61,915 nucleotides of DNA from Candidatus Hydrogenedentota bacterium. Lineage in GTDB: Bacteria; Hydrogenedentota; Hydrogenedentia; Hydrogenedentales; SLHB01. Below are positions 20,594 to 29,607 of this stretch, one piece after another (the stretch's first letter is position 1; every line of letters begins with the position of its first letter). Position numbers and translations under genes: made by a program. The stretch covers positions 1-61,915 of the forward strand of contig JACQVH010000110.1 of assembly GCA_016209895.1 (NCBI GenBank). Direction: 5' to 3'. The notes below the pieces were generated by a model that worked only from the letters and a program-made list of their open reading frames with translations, was not told where the DNA came from and ran no database searches.

Positions 20594-20616
20594 CCTACGG
20601 CCTACGGCCTACAGCC
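20594..20616. repeat. Orphan CCTACRG heptamer arm
   Basis: CCTACGGCCTACGGCCTACAGCC; near-identical to the arms at 57863-57893 and 58277-58300. Confidence 0.8.
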
Positions 20617-20694
20617 CCTTGAAGGCGAAGCCACGAGCGGATATCTTGCTTGAGCCTGGAATAAGCATGTTTACACCGGAAGGAGAATCATCCA

Positions 20695-21810
20695 ATGCCG
20701 TTACCAACTGAATTGAACCCTACCCCGCGCTTCCTCATGGGGCCCGGCCCCAGCGATGTCCACCCGCGCGTACTGCGGGCGATGGCTACGCCGGTCGTCG
20801 GCCATCTCGATCCGGGTTTCCTGCAAATCATGGATGAACTCAAGGTCATGCTGCGTGAAGTATTTCGCACCAGCAACGAGCTGACCTTTGCCGTCTCCGG
20901 CACCGGCAGCGCCGGCATGGAAACCTGTCTCGTGAATCTGCTCGAACCCGGCGACGAGGCGGTCGTGTGCGTGCACGGCGTGTTCGGCAATCGCATGGCC
21001 GATATCGTCGAGCGGTGCGGGGCCAAGCTGACGCGCGTGGACGCGCCCTGGGGTCAACCCATTGACCCCGCCGATGTGAAGAAGACGCTGGGTAGAGGTC
21101 ATCCGAAACTAGTGGCTATTGTGCATGCCGAGACCTCGACGGGAGTCCTGCAGCCCCTCGAAGAAATCAGCTGCATGACGCACGAGGCCGGCGCCCTATT
21201 CGTGGTGGATACAGTCACATCGCTCGGCGGCACGGACGTGCGCGTGGACGACTGGGGCTTTGACGCGGTGTACAGCGGCACACAGAAATGCCTGAGCGCG
21301 CCGCCCGGTCTGTCGCCCGTGTCGTTCAGCGCCCGCGCCATCGAGGCGATGGAGAAACGCAAGTCGAAAGCGCAGAGCTGGTACCTCGACATGAGCATGG
21401 TGCGGAAGTACTGGGGCGCGGAGCGCGTCTATCACCATACGGCGCCGATCAGCTCGGTCTATGCGCTGTACGAGGCCTTGCGGCTGGTGCTCGAAGAAGG
21501 ACTCGAAGCGCGATTCGCGCGCCACCAGCGTAGTCATGAGCTGTTGCGGGAAGGGCTCGAAGAACTCGGTTTCGAATTCATCGTCCAGCCGGAATTCCGG
21601 CTACCGATGCTAAATGCCGTCCGACTCCCGGCCGGCGTCGAAGACGTGCCCACGCGCCGACGCCTGCTTCAAGAATACAACATCGAAGTCGGCGCCGGAC
21701 TGGGCGAATTCGCCGGTAGAATCTGGCGTATCGGTCTCATGGGCTGCAGCTCGACCGAAAACCACGTAAACTTACTGACCTCGGCCCTGCGCACGATTCT
21801 GCATCCATAG
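20695..21810 (+). CDS. Alanine--glyoxylate/serine--pyruvate aminotransferase (class V PLP enzyme)
   Basis: [41 protein letters not shown] and WRIGLMG; AGGAG RBS. Confidence 0.92.
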   Translation: MPLPTELNPTPRFLMGPGPSDVHPRVLRAMATPVVGHLDPGFLQIMDELKVMLREVFRTSNELTFAVSGTGSAGMETCLVNLLEPGDEAVVCVHGVFGNRMADIVERCGAKLTRVDAPWGQPIDPADVKKTLGRGHPKLVAIVHAETSTGVLQPLEEISCMTHEAGALFVVDTVTSLGGTDVRVDDWGFDAVYSGTQKCLSAPPGLSPVSFSARAIEAMEKRKSKAQSWYLDMSMVRKYWGAERVYHHTAPISSVYALYEALRLVLEEGLEARFARHQRSHELLREGLEELGFEFIVQPEFRLPMLNAVRLPAGVEDVPTRRRLLQEYNIEVGAGLGEFAGRIWRIGLMGCSSTENHVNLLTSALRTILHP

Positions 21811-21817
21811 GCCCTTT

Positions 21818-21968
21818 TGTCATTCGGAGCGCAAGCGAAGAATCTTGCATACCCAGGTCGTGAGTCCAAACGATGCTTCGACTTCACTTAGCATGACAGT
21901 CCCTGCTGTCATTCCGAGCGTAGTCGAGGAATCTCGCATACCCAAGACTTGGGTACATGAGATGCTCC
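21818..21968. repeat. REP/RPE-like palindromic element array (one complete hairpin element plus a truncated second)
   Basis: TGTCATTCGGAGCG..AAGAATCT (21818), inverted GATGCTTCGAC..AGCATGACA (21872-21898), TGTCATTCCGAGCG..GGAATCTC (21907-21935) and a truncated inverted arm near 21959. Confidence 0.8.
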
Positions 21969-21989
21969 CCTGTCCCGCACCCGACTCAA

Positions 21990-22637
21990 TCAATCGAACC
22001 AGTAGTGTGGCGGAATCCAGAATGCTCCGGCCGCGGCCAGAAGCACCACTATTGCCGCGAGAGTGTATCGCCATTCCTTTTTGAGGACTCCTATCGAAAT
22101 GCTGCAAAGAAACAGGATTGGAGTCAGGATCACCCAGGCCAACGGTAGGACGATCAATACCGCAAAGTGGAATGGCTTACCCAGCCAATTGAAAGGCATC
22201 TCACCGCGCGGGTCCCAGTAACCGTGGGCGTTTTCGCCGCCAGCGAACATAGGCCAAAAGATGCCGTTAACAAGAATTGGATACGTGTGCCACCCTAGAA
22301 GAAACGCCAAGAGGACCAAGCCAAACTGAAAAGAGACGCGTTCGAGCCTTTGAATCTTTGCGATGACGGTCAGAAAACAACTTATCAGCGAAATATACGG
22401 GACTAACAATCCGTAAACAATAAAGGGAATATAAGGCAGAGAGTCGCCGCCACTCCCCGTGCGAGTGATGAGTGGAGGCATAGATCGCACATAGTACTCG
22501 CGTGGCGCGACGAGGATGATGAAGGGAACGAGTAGGACCATTACGCTCACCATGACCACGTGCGTGATAAAGAGCTTGCGCTCCCAGATCATGAGCGCGT
22601 TCGGTGGGTGCGCTTCCCAGGAATGTTCGTTGGCCAT
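21990..22637 (-). CDS. Hypothetical multi-pass membrane protein
   Basis: 215-aa ORF with about five hydrophobic segments, starting 15 nt after the preceding stop. Confidence 0.65.
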   Translation of the reverse strand: MANEHSWEAHPPNALMIWERKLFITHVVMVSVMVLLVPFIILVAPREYYVRSMPPLITRTGSGGDSLPYIPFIVYGLLVPYISLISCFLTVIAKIQRLERVSFQFGLVLLAFLLGWHTYPILVNGIFWPMFAGGENAHGYWDPRGEMPFNWLGKPFHFAVLIVLPLAWVILTPILFLCSISIGVLKKEWRYTLAAIVVLLAAAGAFWIPPHYWFD

Positions 22638-22652
22638 TGGCTCGAATCCCGA

Positions 22653-24784
22653 TTAGCCCAGCGTCAGCAGCTCCAGTGGATGATAGACCCTTAATCCGGT
22701 GCCTTCCAGAAGGTGCATGCGGCAGACGCTGCTCTCGGTGACGATGGCTTCGATGTTGGCTTCTTTGAAGGCTTTGAAAAGCGGCTCGCCCACGGTTTGC
22801 GCGAGTTCGTAGCCCAGCGGACCCGCCTTCAGTCCGAACGTACCGCCCATGCCGCAGCAGGTGCCGCTTTCAATCAACGTAACGTCGGCGCCGAGGCGAC
22901 GCATCCATTCCATGGCCGACTTGCCGGCGTCGAGTGGCCGCTGGTGACAAGCGAGATGGAAGCCGAACTTGCGTCCTGCCAGCGGAGTCTGCGGCGGGCT
23001 TGCTGAAGAACTCCCTGCGCCTCGAGCCGCATCAAGTAGTCGAAGAGTTCGAAGGAGCACGCCGCAACGTCCGCTGCCTCGCCTTGTCGCTCGAGCAGTT
23101 TCGGATAGGGCTTTTTGAGGCAATACGCCGCCGTGGGCTCGATGGCGACGATGTCGTATCCGTCACGGGCATAGGGCGCGAATTGCGCGATGTTGAACTG
23201 CGCGACCTCCCGCGCCCGTTCCAAATCCCCGTACCCGATATAGGGATACCCGCTCCAGCGCTGGCGCGGCACGACGACCTCGCAATAGCGTTCTTCGAGA
23301 CAGTCCACCGCCGTCCACGCCAGGTCCGGCCGGTTGTAGTTCGCGTACAGGTCCAGGAACAGCGCGACTCGTCGCGCCGGCTGGGAAAGCGTCCGGTATC
23401 GTTTTCTCTTTTTGAACTGTTTTTCGAAAGGACGGCGATCAAATTCCGGCAAAGCCCGGTGCCGGTCAATGCCAGCCAGTTTTTCGAGCAATGCGCGAAA
23501 CGTCTTGTTTCGTAGTAGCCAATTGGCGATGGGTGCGGTTGTGCTTCCCAGCGTGGTGGCACGTTCCGCCGCCATCATCACGCGATTCACGCGCGTTGCC
23601 GGATGCTTTTTTCGGTCCTCGTCCTTAACCGCGGCGATCATCATCGGGATGTCAATTTCGGCGGGGCAAATTTCTTGGCACAACCCGCAGGAAATGCACA
23701 GGGGCGCGAATTCAGCCGCCTTGTCCAGACCGTGCACTTGCGCCGTCCACGGAATCCCAATCGGTCCCGGATAGATATAGCCGAAGGTGTGTCCACCAAC
23801 TACGCCGTAGGTTGGGCAGACGTTCATGCACGCACCGCAACGAATACAGTTCAGCGCGTCCTTGAACAACGCGTCGGCGCGCATGCGGCGGCGGCCATTG
23901 TCGAGCAGAATGATGTGCGACTCGCGCGGACCGCGCCCGCCTTCGCCCAAGGCACAGCGGCCCGCCATCACGGTCACGTACGTCGTCAACATCTGGCCGA
24001 CGGCGCTGACCGGGTGCGCCAGCATCATCTGCAGCGCGTCGTCGATGGTCTCGACAATCTTCTCGATGCCCATGATGCACACGTGCAGATCGGGAACCGA
24101 TGACACCAAGCGTGCGTTGCCTTCGTTCGTCTCGATCACGATGGCCCCATTCTCGGCGATCCCCACATTCGCGCCCGTCATCCCAATCTGCGCATTGAGA
24201 AAGATCGGTCGCAGATACTTCCGAACGGCAGCCATGATGGCGCGAATGTCATTGGGAACCGCGCCGCCGAGCGAGCGCGTGAATATATCCGCCACCTCGG
24301 CCTGCGTTTTGTGCACTGCCGGAAAGACCAGGTGATACGGCTTTTCGCGTACCTTCTGGATGATCAGTTCGCCGAGATCGGTCTCGATCACCTGTATACC
24401 CGCCGCTTCCAGCGGATGGTTCACCTCAATCTCTTCGCTGGTCAGCGACTTGGACTTCGCAACGGTTTTGACGCCGCGCTCGCGAGCTAGCCGCAGTATG
24501 TAATCAATTGCTGCTGCGCCATCCTCAGCGAAGAAGACCTGTGCTCCACTGTTCCGGGCCATTTCCGAGAATCTCTCAATAAGCTCTTCCTGCTTCTCGA
24601 GACATCGCTCCTTGATCTGTCGGATGCGTTCTTGGAAATGTTCCAACTGCGGCATGGCCGCGAGCGCCCGGGCCCGGCTGTCGCGGCCCCGTTTCATGGC
24701 GCTGTAGAGCGCAGACCGTCGCGACGGGTCGGCCACGGCCTGTTGGATACGCTCGGATAAGTGGGTAGTGGTCGCGTCAGACAT
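22653..24784 (-). pseudogene. lutB: LutB/LldF (LUD plus 4Fe-4S) fused to CCG domains, interrupted by a frameshift near 22985-23030
   Basis: KSKSLTSEEI, ETDLGE, TNEGNARL, CIRCGACMNVCP and CISCGLCQEICP in frame 22874..24784; the continuation (FHLACHQR...TCCGMGGTFG...SSVCRMHL...VYHPLELL) is in frame 22653..23123. Confidence 0.75.
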
Positions 24785-25364
24785 CGGGACGGTTCCCGGC
24801 ATCAATAATGATGGCATGCGCCGCTTCTGGGCCATGCACACCGAGTACGAGTTTCATTTCGATATCGCCGGTGCGGCTCGGTCCCGAGATGAAAGTGACG
24901 GCGCAGGCGCCGTTGTGCCGTTGAAAGGCCTCGCGCAAGCGCGACGCGGCCGATTCGAGCGTGGGCACAATGTCTTCCGCGCGCAGCAACGCGATGTGAA
25001 CGCGCGGTAAGGCCGAAACCAGTCGGACGGTATCGTCCGTCGTAGTTTCCACGAGCGTGCCCGTCTCCGCGATAGCGAAATCGGCCGACGTGATGCCGCA
25101 GTTCGCTTCGTCAATCGTACCCGTCAAATTTTCCCCCGAATAGGGTGGAGCAATCACGCCGACCCCGTCTTGGCGGCAACGCGCCAGGAATGGCTCCCGA
25201 ATATCGCCCGGCAAAATCCCCAAAGCGACTTGGCGTCCGGAAACCTCTTCGAGAATCTCGCAAATCTTCTCAATAGTTTGTGCGCTGTCCGTGACGACGT
25301 AAACCTTCCCGGCCAGCGATTCGAATTTCTGCCGAAACATCTCGATCAGTTCTGAAGGCATCAT
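24777..25364 (-). CDS. lutC: LutC/YkgG LUD-domain protein
   Basis: ADFAIAETGTL and FISGPSRTGDIEMKLVLGVHGP; overlaps the lutB start. Confidence 0.88.
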   Translation of the reverse strand: MMPSELIEMFRQKFESLAGKVYVVTDSAQTIEKICEILEEVSGRQVALGILPGDIREPFLARCRQDGVGVIAPPYSGENLTGTIDEANCGITSADFAIAETGTLVETTTDDTVRLVSALPRVHIALLRAEDIVPTLESAASRLREAFQRHNGACAVTFISGPSRTGDIEMKLVLGVHGPEAAHAIIIDAGNRPDV

Positions 25365-25469
25365 CCGACCCCGGCCGCATAGTACCCGATCGGGGCCACT
25401 CGCGCCAAGGGTCCGAAAGCGAGTAGACTGGTCCCTCAAAGGACATGAAAATGAAGGAGGGAAGCGGCC

Positions 25470-26438
25470 GTGATTGGAGGTTCGTTCGTCACTTGGATTT
25501 CCGGACTCGCCACCGCTGCGTTGCCGCATGATCCTGTCAAGGATAAAGAGCCGCGGGTGTTTCCCACGGTGGTAGAACTGTTGCAGGGCGAGGGCAACTT
25601 CATTTCCTTCACCCACCGCGAACATCCCGGCAACCGGATCGGTTATCGGTTTCACGAACACAGTCCCTACGTTCTTGGCGCGATTCCCACGGCTGCAGAG
25701 CAACACGAAATCGAGGCCGTCTCACGGCTCGAGACCGAATTCGCGGGCCGGCCTGGCGCTTTCAAGAACGCCCGCGAGGTGCGGGAAGCGGGCTGGATAC
25801 CCCAAGATTGGACGTTCTATATCGCCCCCGCGTCTGAGGGCTTTGATCTTCTCTGGGTGGTCCAAACGCATGAATCGGGGTTGAACACATATTACGCTGT
25901 GCAGCAATGTTTTCGCATGAGCGGGGCGACCAACGAGGCGTGGCGCAGAAAGGTTGCCGAAACACCCGCCTTCAGCGAGTTCGATCTCTGGGCCACGCAA
26001 AAAGCGGCGGGGGACCCGTTGACGAGCTTGTCCTACGTCCACAGCGGCGGACGGTGGCTCGCCATTCCCGCAACACAAGATACACTCGGTTTTCGTACAC
26101 GACTGGGCTTCGAGATGGATACAGCGCGCACCGGCGGCAACCTGAAAGCGGCAACCTATGAGCCTTACAACCCAGCCTTTTCCGACGAAGTCCTGGATAC
26201 CGGGTTGGCGGCCCGCACCGACGCGAAGGGCGAGTGGATTTGCGCCCTCTACTGGGAGCACACCACCCACGTTACCGACCACCATCCCGCCGATTGTCTG
26301 CATGCCGTAGTCAACCTCGGCCCACTCGCACCACAAAGCAAGCGGGCCATTCGCGGGAAGATTTACTGGTTCAAAGGTTCCTTGGACGACCTCTACACCA
26401 AGTGGCAAGCCGATTTCCACTTCTCTGGAGTGCGGTAG
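25470..26438 (+). CDS. Hypothetical protein, possibly exported
   Basis: AGGAGG RBS, GTG start, 322-aa open frame with protein-like composition; no family recognised. Confidence 0.7.
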   Translation: MIGGSFVTWISGLATAALPHDPVKDKEPRVFPTVVELLQGEGNFISFTHREHPGNRIGYRFHEHSPYVLGAIPTAAEQHEIEAVSRLETEFAGRPGAFKNAREVREAGWIPQDWTFYIAPASEGFDLLWVVQTHESGLNTYYAVQQCFRMSGATNEAWRRKVAETPAFSEFDLWATQKAAGDPLTSLSYVHSGGRWLAIPATQDTLGFRTRLGFEMDTARTGGNLKAATYEPYNPAFSDEVLDTGLAARTDAKGEWICALYWEHTTHVTDHHPADCLHAVVNLGPLAPQSKRAIRGKIYWFKGSLDDLYTKWQADFHFSGVR

Positions 26439-26569
26439 CTTGCTACCGCTTTCCCAAGGGGAGCTTGCTCCCCGTCCGTACACTCATCACTTTTCCTGTT
26501 TCCACATACCCTCAGGCAGGTCGCCGGCATGCTGGCTCAATGAAAGCGGGAACAAGCTCCCGCACTACC
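26426..26569. repeat. REP doublet of the GGAGTGCGG...CCGCACT type
   Basis: TGGAGTGCGGTAGCTTGCTACCGCTTT (26426-26452), inner GGGGAGCTTGCTCCCC hairpin, inverted AAAGCGGGAACAAGCTCCCGCACTAC (26543-26568). Confidence 0.75.
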
Positions 26570-26644
26570 GAGCGCTTTGCGCGCAAAGTCGAATTACATT
26601 GGCACAATGACCTATTCTGGTCGTCACGATCGGAGGGCAATCCC

Positions 26645-27148
26645 ATGCGGAATCAAATCGTCATCATCACGGGAGGAGCGCGCGGGATTGGGTTCGGAAT
26701 CGGGGAATGCTTCGCGCGTCAAGGCGCATCTATCGCCATCCCGGACCTGAACGCCGAGGCCGCGCGGGACGCCGCCGTTCGGCTCAATGCACAGGGCGCC
26801 GTGGATTCAATCGGTATTACCTGCGATGTCGCAGACCGCACACAGGTGGACTACGGGGCCTCCAAAGGCGGACTGCGTATGTTGATGGTGGGATTCGCAA
26901 CACGTCTCGGTCGGCACGGTATCACCTGCAATGCGATCGCTCCCGGCATGATTCTCACTGAGATGACGCGCTGGCACTGGGAACAACCCGGCCCGGCGGA
27001 AGAGATCAAGAAGCGCGTCCCAGTGGGCCGCATCGGCACGCCCGAAGACATCGGTCACGCGGCCGTGTTTCTGGCTTCCCAAGAAGCATCGTATATCAAC
27101 GGCATTAGTCTCCGAGTGGACGGCGGACACCAAGCCCTGTGCGTGTGA
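26645..27148 (+). pseudogene. SDR oxidoreductase with an in-frame internal deletion
   Basis: TGGARGIG...CDVADRTQVD joins directly to YGASKGG; the NNAG and catalytic-Ser segments are absent; 167 aa. Confidence 0.75.
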
Positions 27149-27154
27149 GAGGGC

Positions 27155-27189
27155 GTGCGAAGTGCAGAGCGCAAAGTATGAAGTATGAA
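27155..27189. repeat. Five heptamer tandem units just after the SDR stop
   Basis: GTGCGAA GTGCAGA GCGCAAA GTATGAA GTATGAA. Confidence 0.65.
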
Positions 27190-27212
27190 ACGATATAGAG
27201 GGGAGAGACTTC

Positions 27213-27998
27213 ATGAGGATCGAACTGGATGGTAAGGTAGCCGTCGTAACCGGGGCGGCCGGCGAATTGGGCCGGGTAATGGTACGAACCTTGGCAGAGT
27301 GCGGTGCGGACGTGGCGATTCACTACCATAGGAACGAGGTGAAGGCGAGCGAGCTCGTGGACGAGGTCCGAAAACTCGGCCGTCGCGCGTTCGCAATCCA
27401 GGCCGACGTGACGGATATTCGGTCCGTCGAAGAGATGCGGGACCAGGTTGCCCAAGCCCTGGGCGATGCGGACATCATCGTTAACAACGCGGTCAGTCAA
27501 TTCAGTTGGAAGCGAATTCTCGATCAAGACGTATCGGATTACGAAGGCCAGTTCCGGTCCAGCGTCCTTCACAATCTGTTTATGACGAAGGCCTTTGTGC
27601 CGACAATGATCCGAAAGGGCTGGGGACGCGTCATCGGCATCAACACGGAATGTACGCTTCAATGTTGGCCCACGCAGTCGGCCTACGTAACCGGCAAGCA
27701 CGGGATGAATGGGCTGCTTCTCGTTCTGACGAAAGAGGTCGGCGTGCACGGCATCACCGTCAATCAGGTTGCGCCGGGCTGGATGTACAGCGACCGCGAC
27801 CGGGAGCGGGCCCAAGCCGGTCTGCCGCCTAATGATGCAAAGGGTGAATACGCGGGCATGTTGCCGCTAAAACACCGCGGCGAGGACCAGGACATTGCCA
27901 ATGTTGTAGCGTTTCTGGCGTCCGATTTGGCCAAATTCATTACGGGCGCGTTCATTCCCGTCAACGGTGGCGGCGCAACCGTTCCGGCTTGGCTATGA
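27213..27998 (+). CDS. SDR family oxidoreductase (FabG-like)
   Basis: VTGAAGELG, IIVNNAV, YVTGK (YxxxK), ITVNQVAPG and FITGAFIPVNGG. Confidence 0.9.
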   Translation: MRIELDGKVAVVTGAAGELGRVMVRTLAECGADVAIHYHRNEVKASELVDEVRKLGRRAFAIQADVTDIRSVEEMRDQVAQALGDADIIVNNAVSQFSWKRILDQDVSDYEGQFRSSVLHNLFMTKAFVPTMIRKGWGRVIGINTECTLQCWPTQSAYVTGKHGMNGLLLVLTKEVGVHGITVNQVAPGWMYSDRDRERAQAGLPPNDAKGEYAGMLPLKHRGEDQDIANVVAFLASDLAKFITGAFIPVNGGGATVPAWL

Positions 27999-28158
27999 AC
28001 CAAGTCTTGACCATATCGCACGCGATCGCCCCCCGCACTCTACGAATACAGGCTCGAAGTGTTCCACGACTTCGTACGCAGCCGCAGTCAAACGACGGCA
28101 AGCTACTAGTTACGTCTGAAATGTTGGGTTGGCCGTGGCGAGTATAGTCGAACTGCGC

Positions 28159-29607
28159 TCAGCCCGGCAGCGTTACCAGCGCCTGGATCACTTTCAGTAA
28201 TGGCGCGGGATACACACCGATCCAGACCAGGGCACCGGTCAAGATAACCAGCGCCGACGCGCCTGACCAATGGGCCGGCAGCGCGGGGGGGAGGGTAGAA
28301 GCTTCAGAAGATCGAGGCGTGCCTGCGCACATTACGGCGACCACTCGGACGTAGTAAAACAGACCGATGGCACTATTAACTACGAGCGCCAGAATGGCCG
28401 CCCAGCGCGCCGATTCTTCGCCGGCTGCAATCACAAGGAATTTGCCGATGAAACCGGCCGTGAGCGGAATCCCGGCCAGGGATAGCAACATCATCGTGAA
28501 CGTCAACGCCATCCAGGGGCGGCGCCAGAACAACCCGCGGTACTCGTCCAGATTCTCCGGTTCATGGTCGCGGTCAGACAACGCCGAGATGACGCCGAAA
28601 GCGCCCAGCGTGGTAATGAAATACGCGGCGAGGTACACCGCGGCCGCCGGGGCGGCCAAGGGACCGCTGGCGAGAAAGGCTACGAGAAGATAGCCGAGAT
28701 GCGCGATCGATGAATACGCCAGCATCCGTTTCACGTTGAGTTGCATCAGCGCGAGGAGATTACCCACGAACATGGACGTGATGGCCACCAGGGTAAAGAT
28801 GAACAGCAGCGCATGATGGGCGTGAACGCCCGACTCCGTGAAATAGCGGAACAACACTGCGAATACCGCCCCTTTCGAGACGGTCGCGATAAAGGCGGTG
28901 ACCGGCGCCGACGCGCCTTCATATACGTCGGCCGTCCAAAGGTGGAACGGCACCAGCGCCAATTTGAACCCGACCCCGACGATGATGAGGCCCAGACCTG
29001 CCAATACGATGGCGCTCGGGATCGGCGTACCGGCATTGAGCGCCGCGGCAATCGTCGGCAACTCCATCGTTCCGAACTCCGCGTAAAGCAGGGCCGCGCC
29101 GAAGAAGAGAAACGCCGCCGAACCTGCGGCCAACACCAGGTACTTGACCGCGGCTTCCAGGGGTTTCAACGTTCGAGCGTAGGCGATCAACGCGTAGAGG
29201 GAAACGCTAAGAATCTCCAAACCCAAAACGAGTGAGACAAAATGATTGCTGGCGGCCAAAACCTCGCCGCCCACAACGGCGCACAGCAAGAGGAGATAGT
29301 ACTCGTGCGGGTCTACAGCCCTCCGTTCAAAGTAGCCGAACGAAATCATGACAATTGCGACTGCGGCCAGAAGTATGAGTCCGATGTAGTAGAGCGCAAA
29401 ATTGTCCAAAACGAGGAGCGCGGTCGCTTCGCGCACGGCTGCCGCTCCGCTCACGGGCAGGATGAGAAAGGCCGCAACCAATCCACACGACGTCAATGCC
29501 GCCGTGAGCGCATGGTTGCGGTAGAATGCGACCACCAGCATCACCGCCACCGTGGTAACCCCAGTTACGATTATGGGCAACAACACTACGAACATTGCGG
29601 ACGTCAT
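28159..29607 (-). CDS. nuoN: NADH-quinone oxidoreductase subunit N
   Basis: EAAVKYL, FKLALVPFHLWTADVYEGA and KRMLAYSSIAH; operon position. Confidence 0.95.
   Translation of the reverse strand: MTSAMFVVLLPIIVTGVTTVAVMLVVAFYRNHALTAALTSCGLVAAFLILPVSGAAAVREATALLVLDNFALYYIGLILLAAVAIVMISFGYFERRAVDPHEYYLLLLCAVVGGEVLAASNHFVSLVLGLEILSVSLYALIAYARTLKPLEAAVKYLVLAAGSAAFLFFGAALLYAEFGTMELPTIAAALNAGTPIPSAIVLAGLGLIIVGVGFKLALVPFHLWTADVYEGASAPVTAFIATVSKGAVFAVLFRYFTESGVHAHHALLFIFTLVAITSMFVGNLLALMQLNVKRMLAYSSIAHLGYLLVAFLASGPLAAPAAAVYLAAYFITTLGAFGVISALSDRDHEPENLDEYRGLFWRRPWMALTFTMMLLSLAGIPLTAGFIGKFLVIAAGEESARWAAILALVVNSAIGLFYYVRVVAVMCAGTPRSSEASTLPPALPAHWSGASALVILTGALVWIGVYPAPLLKVIQALVTLPG

Noticed and set aside
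20499-20711. 70-aa ORF between the PKS and the aminotransferase
   Set aside because: It is mostly a translation of the tandem repeat tracts.
26234-26644. N-terminal extension of the SDR ORF (similarly 17897, 18871, 25706, 42544 and 57946 starts)
   Set aside because: The extensions run through neighbouring genes or repeats; downstream starts have RBSs, stop-start overlaps or better domain boundaries.
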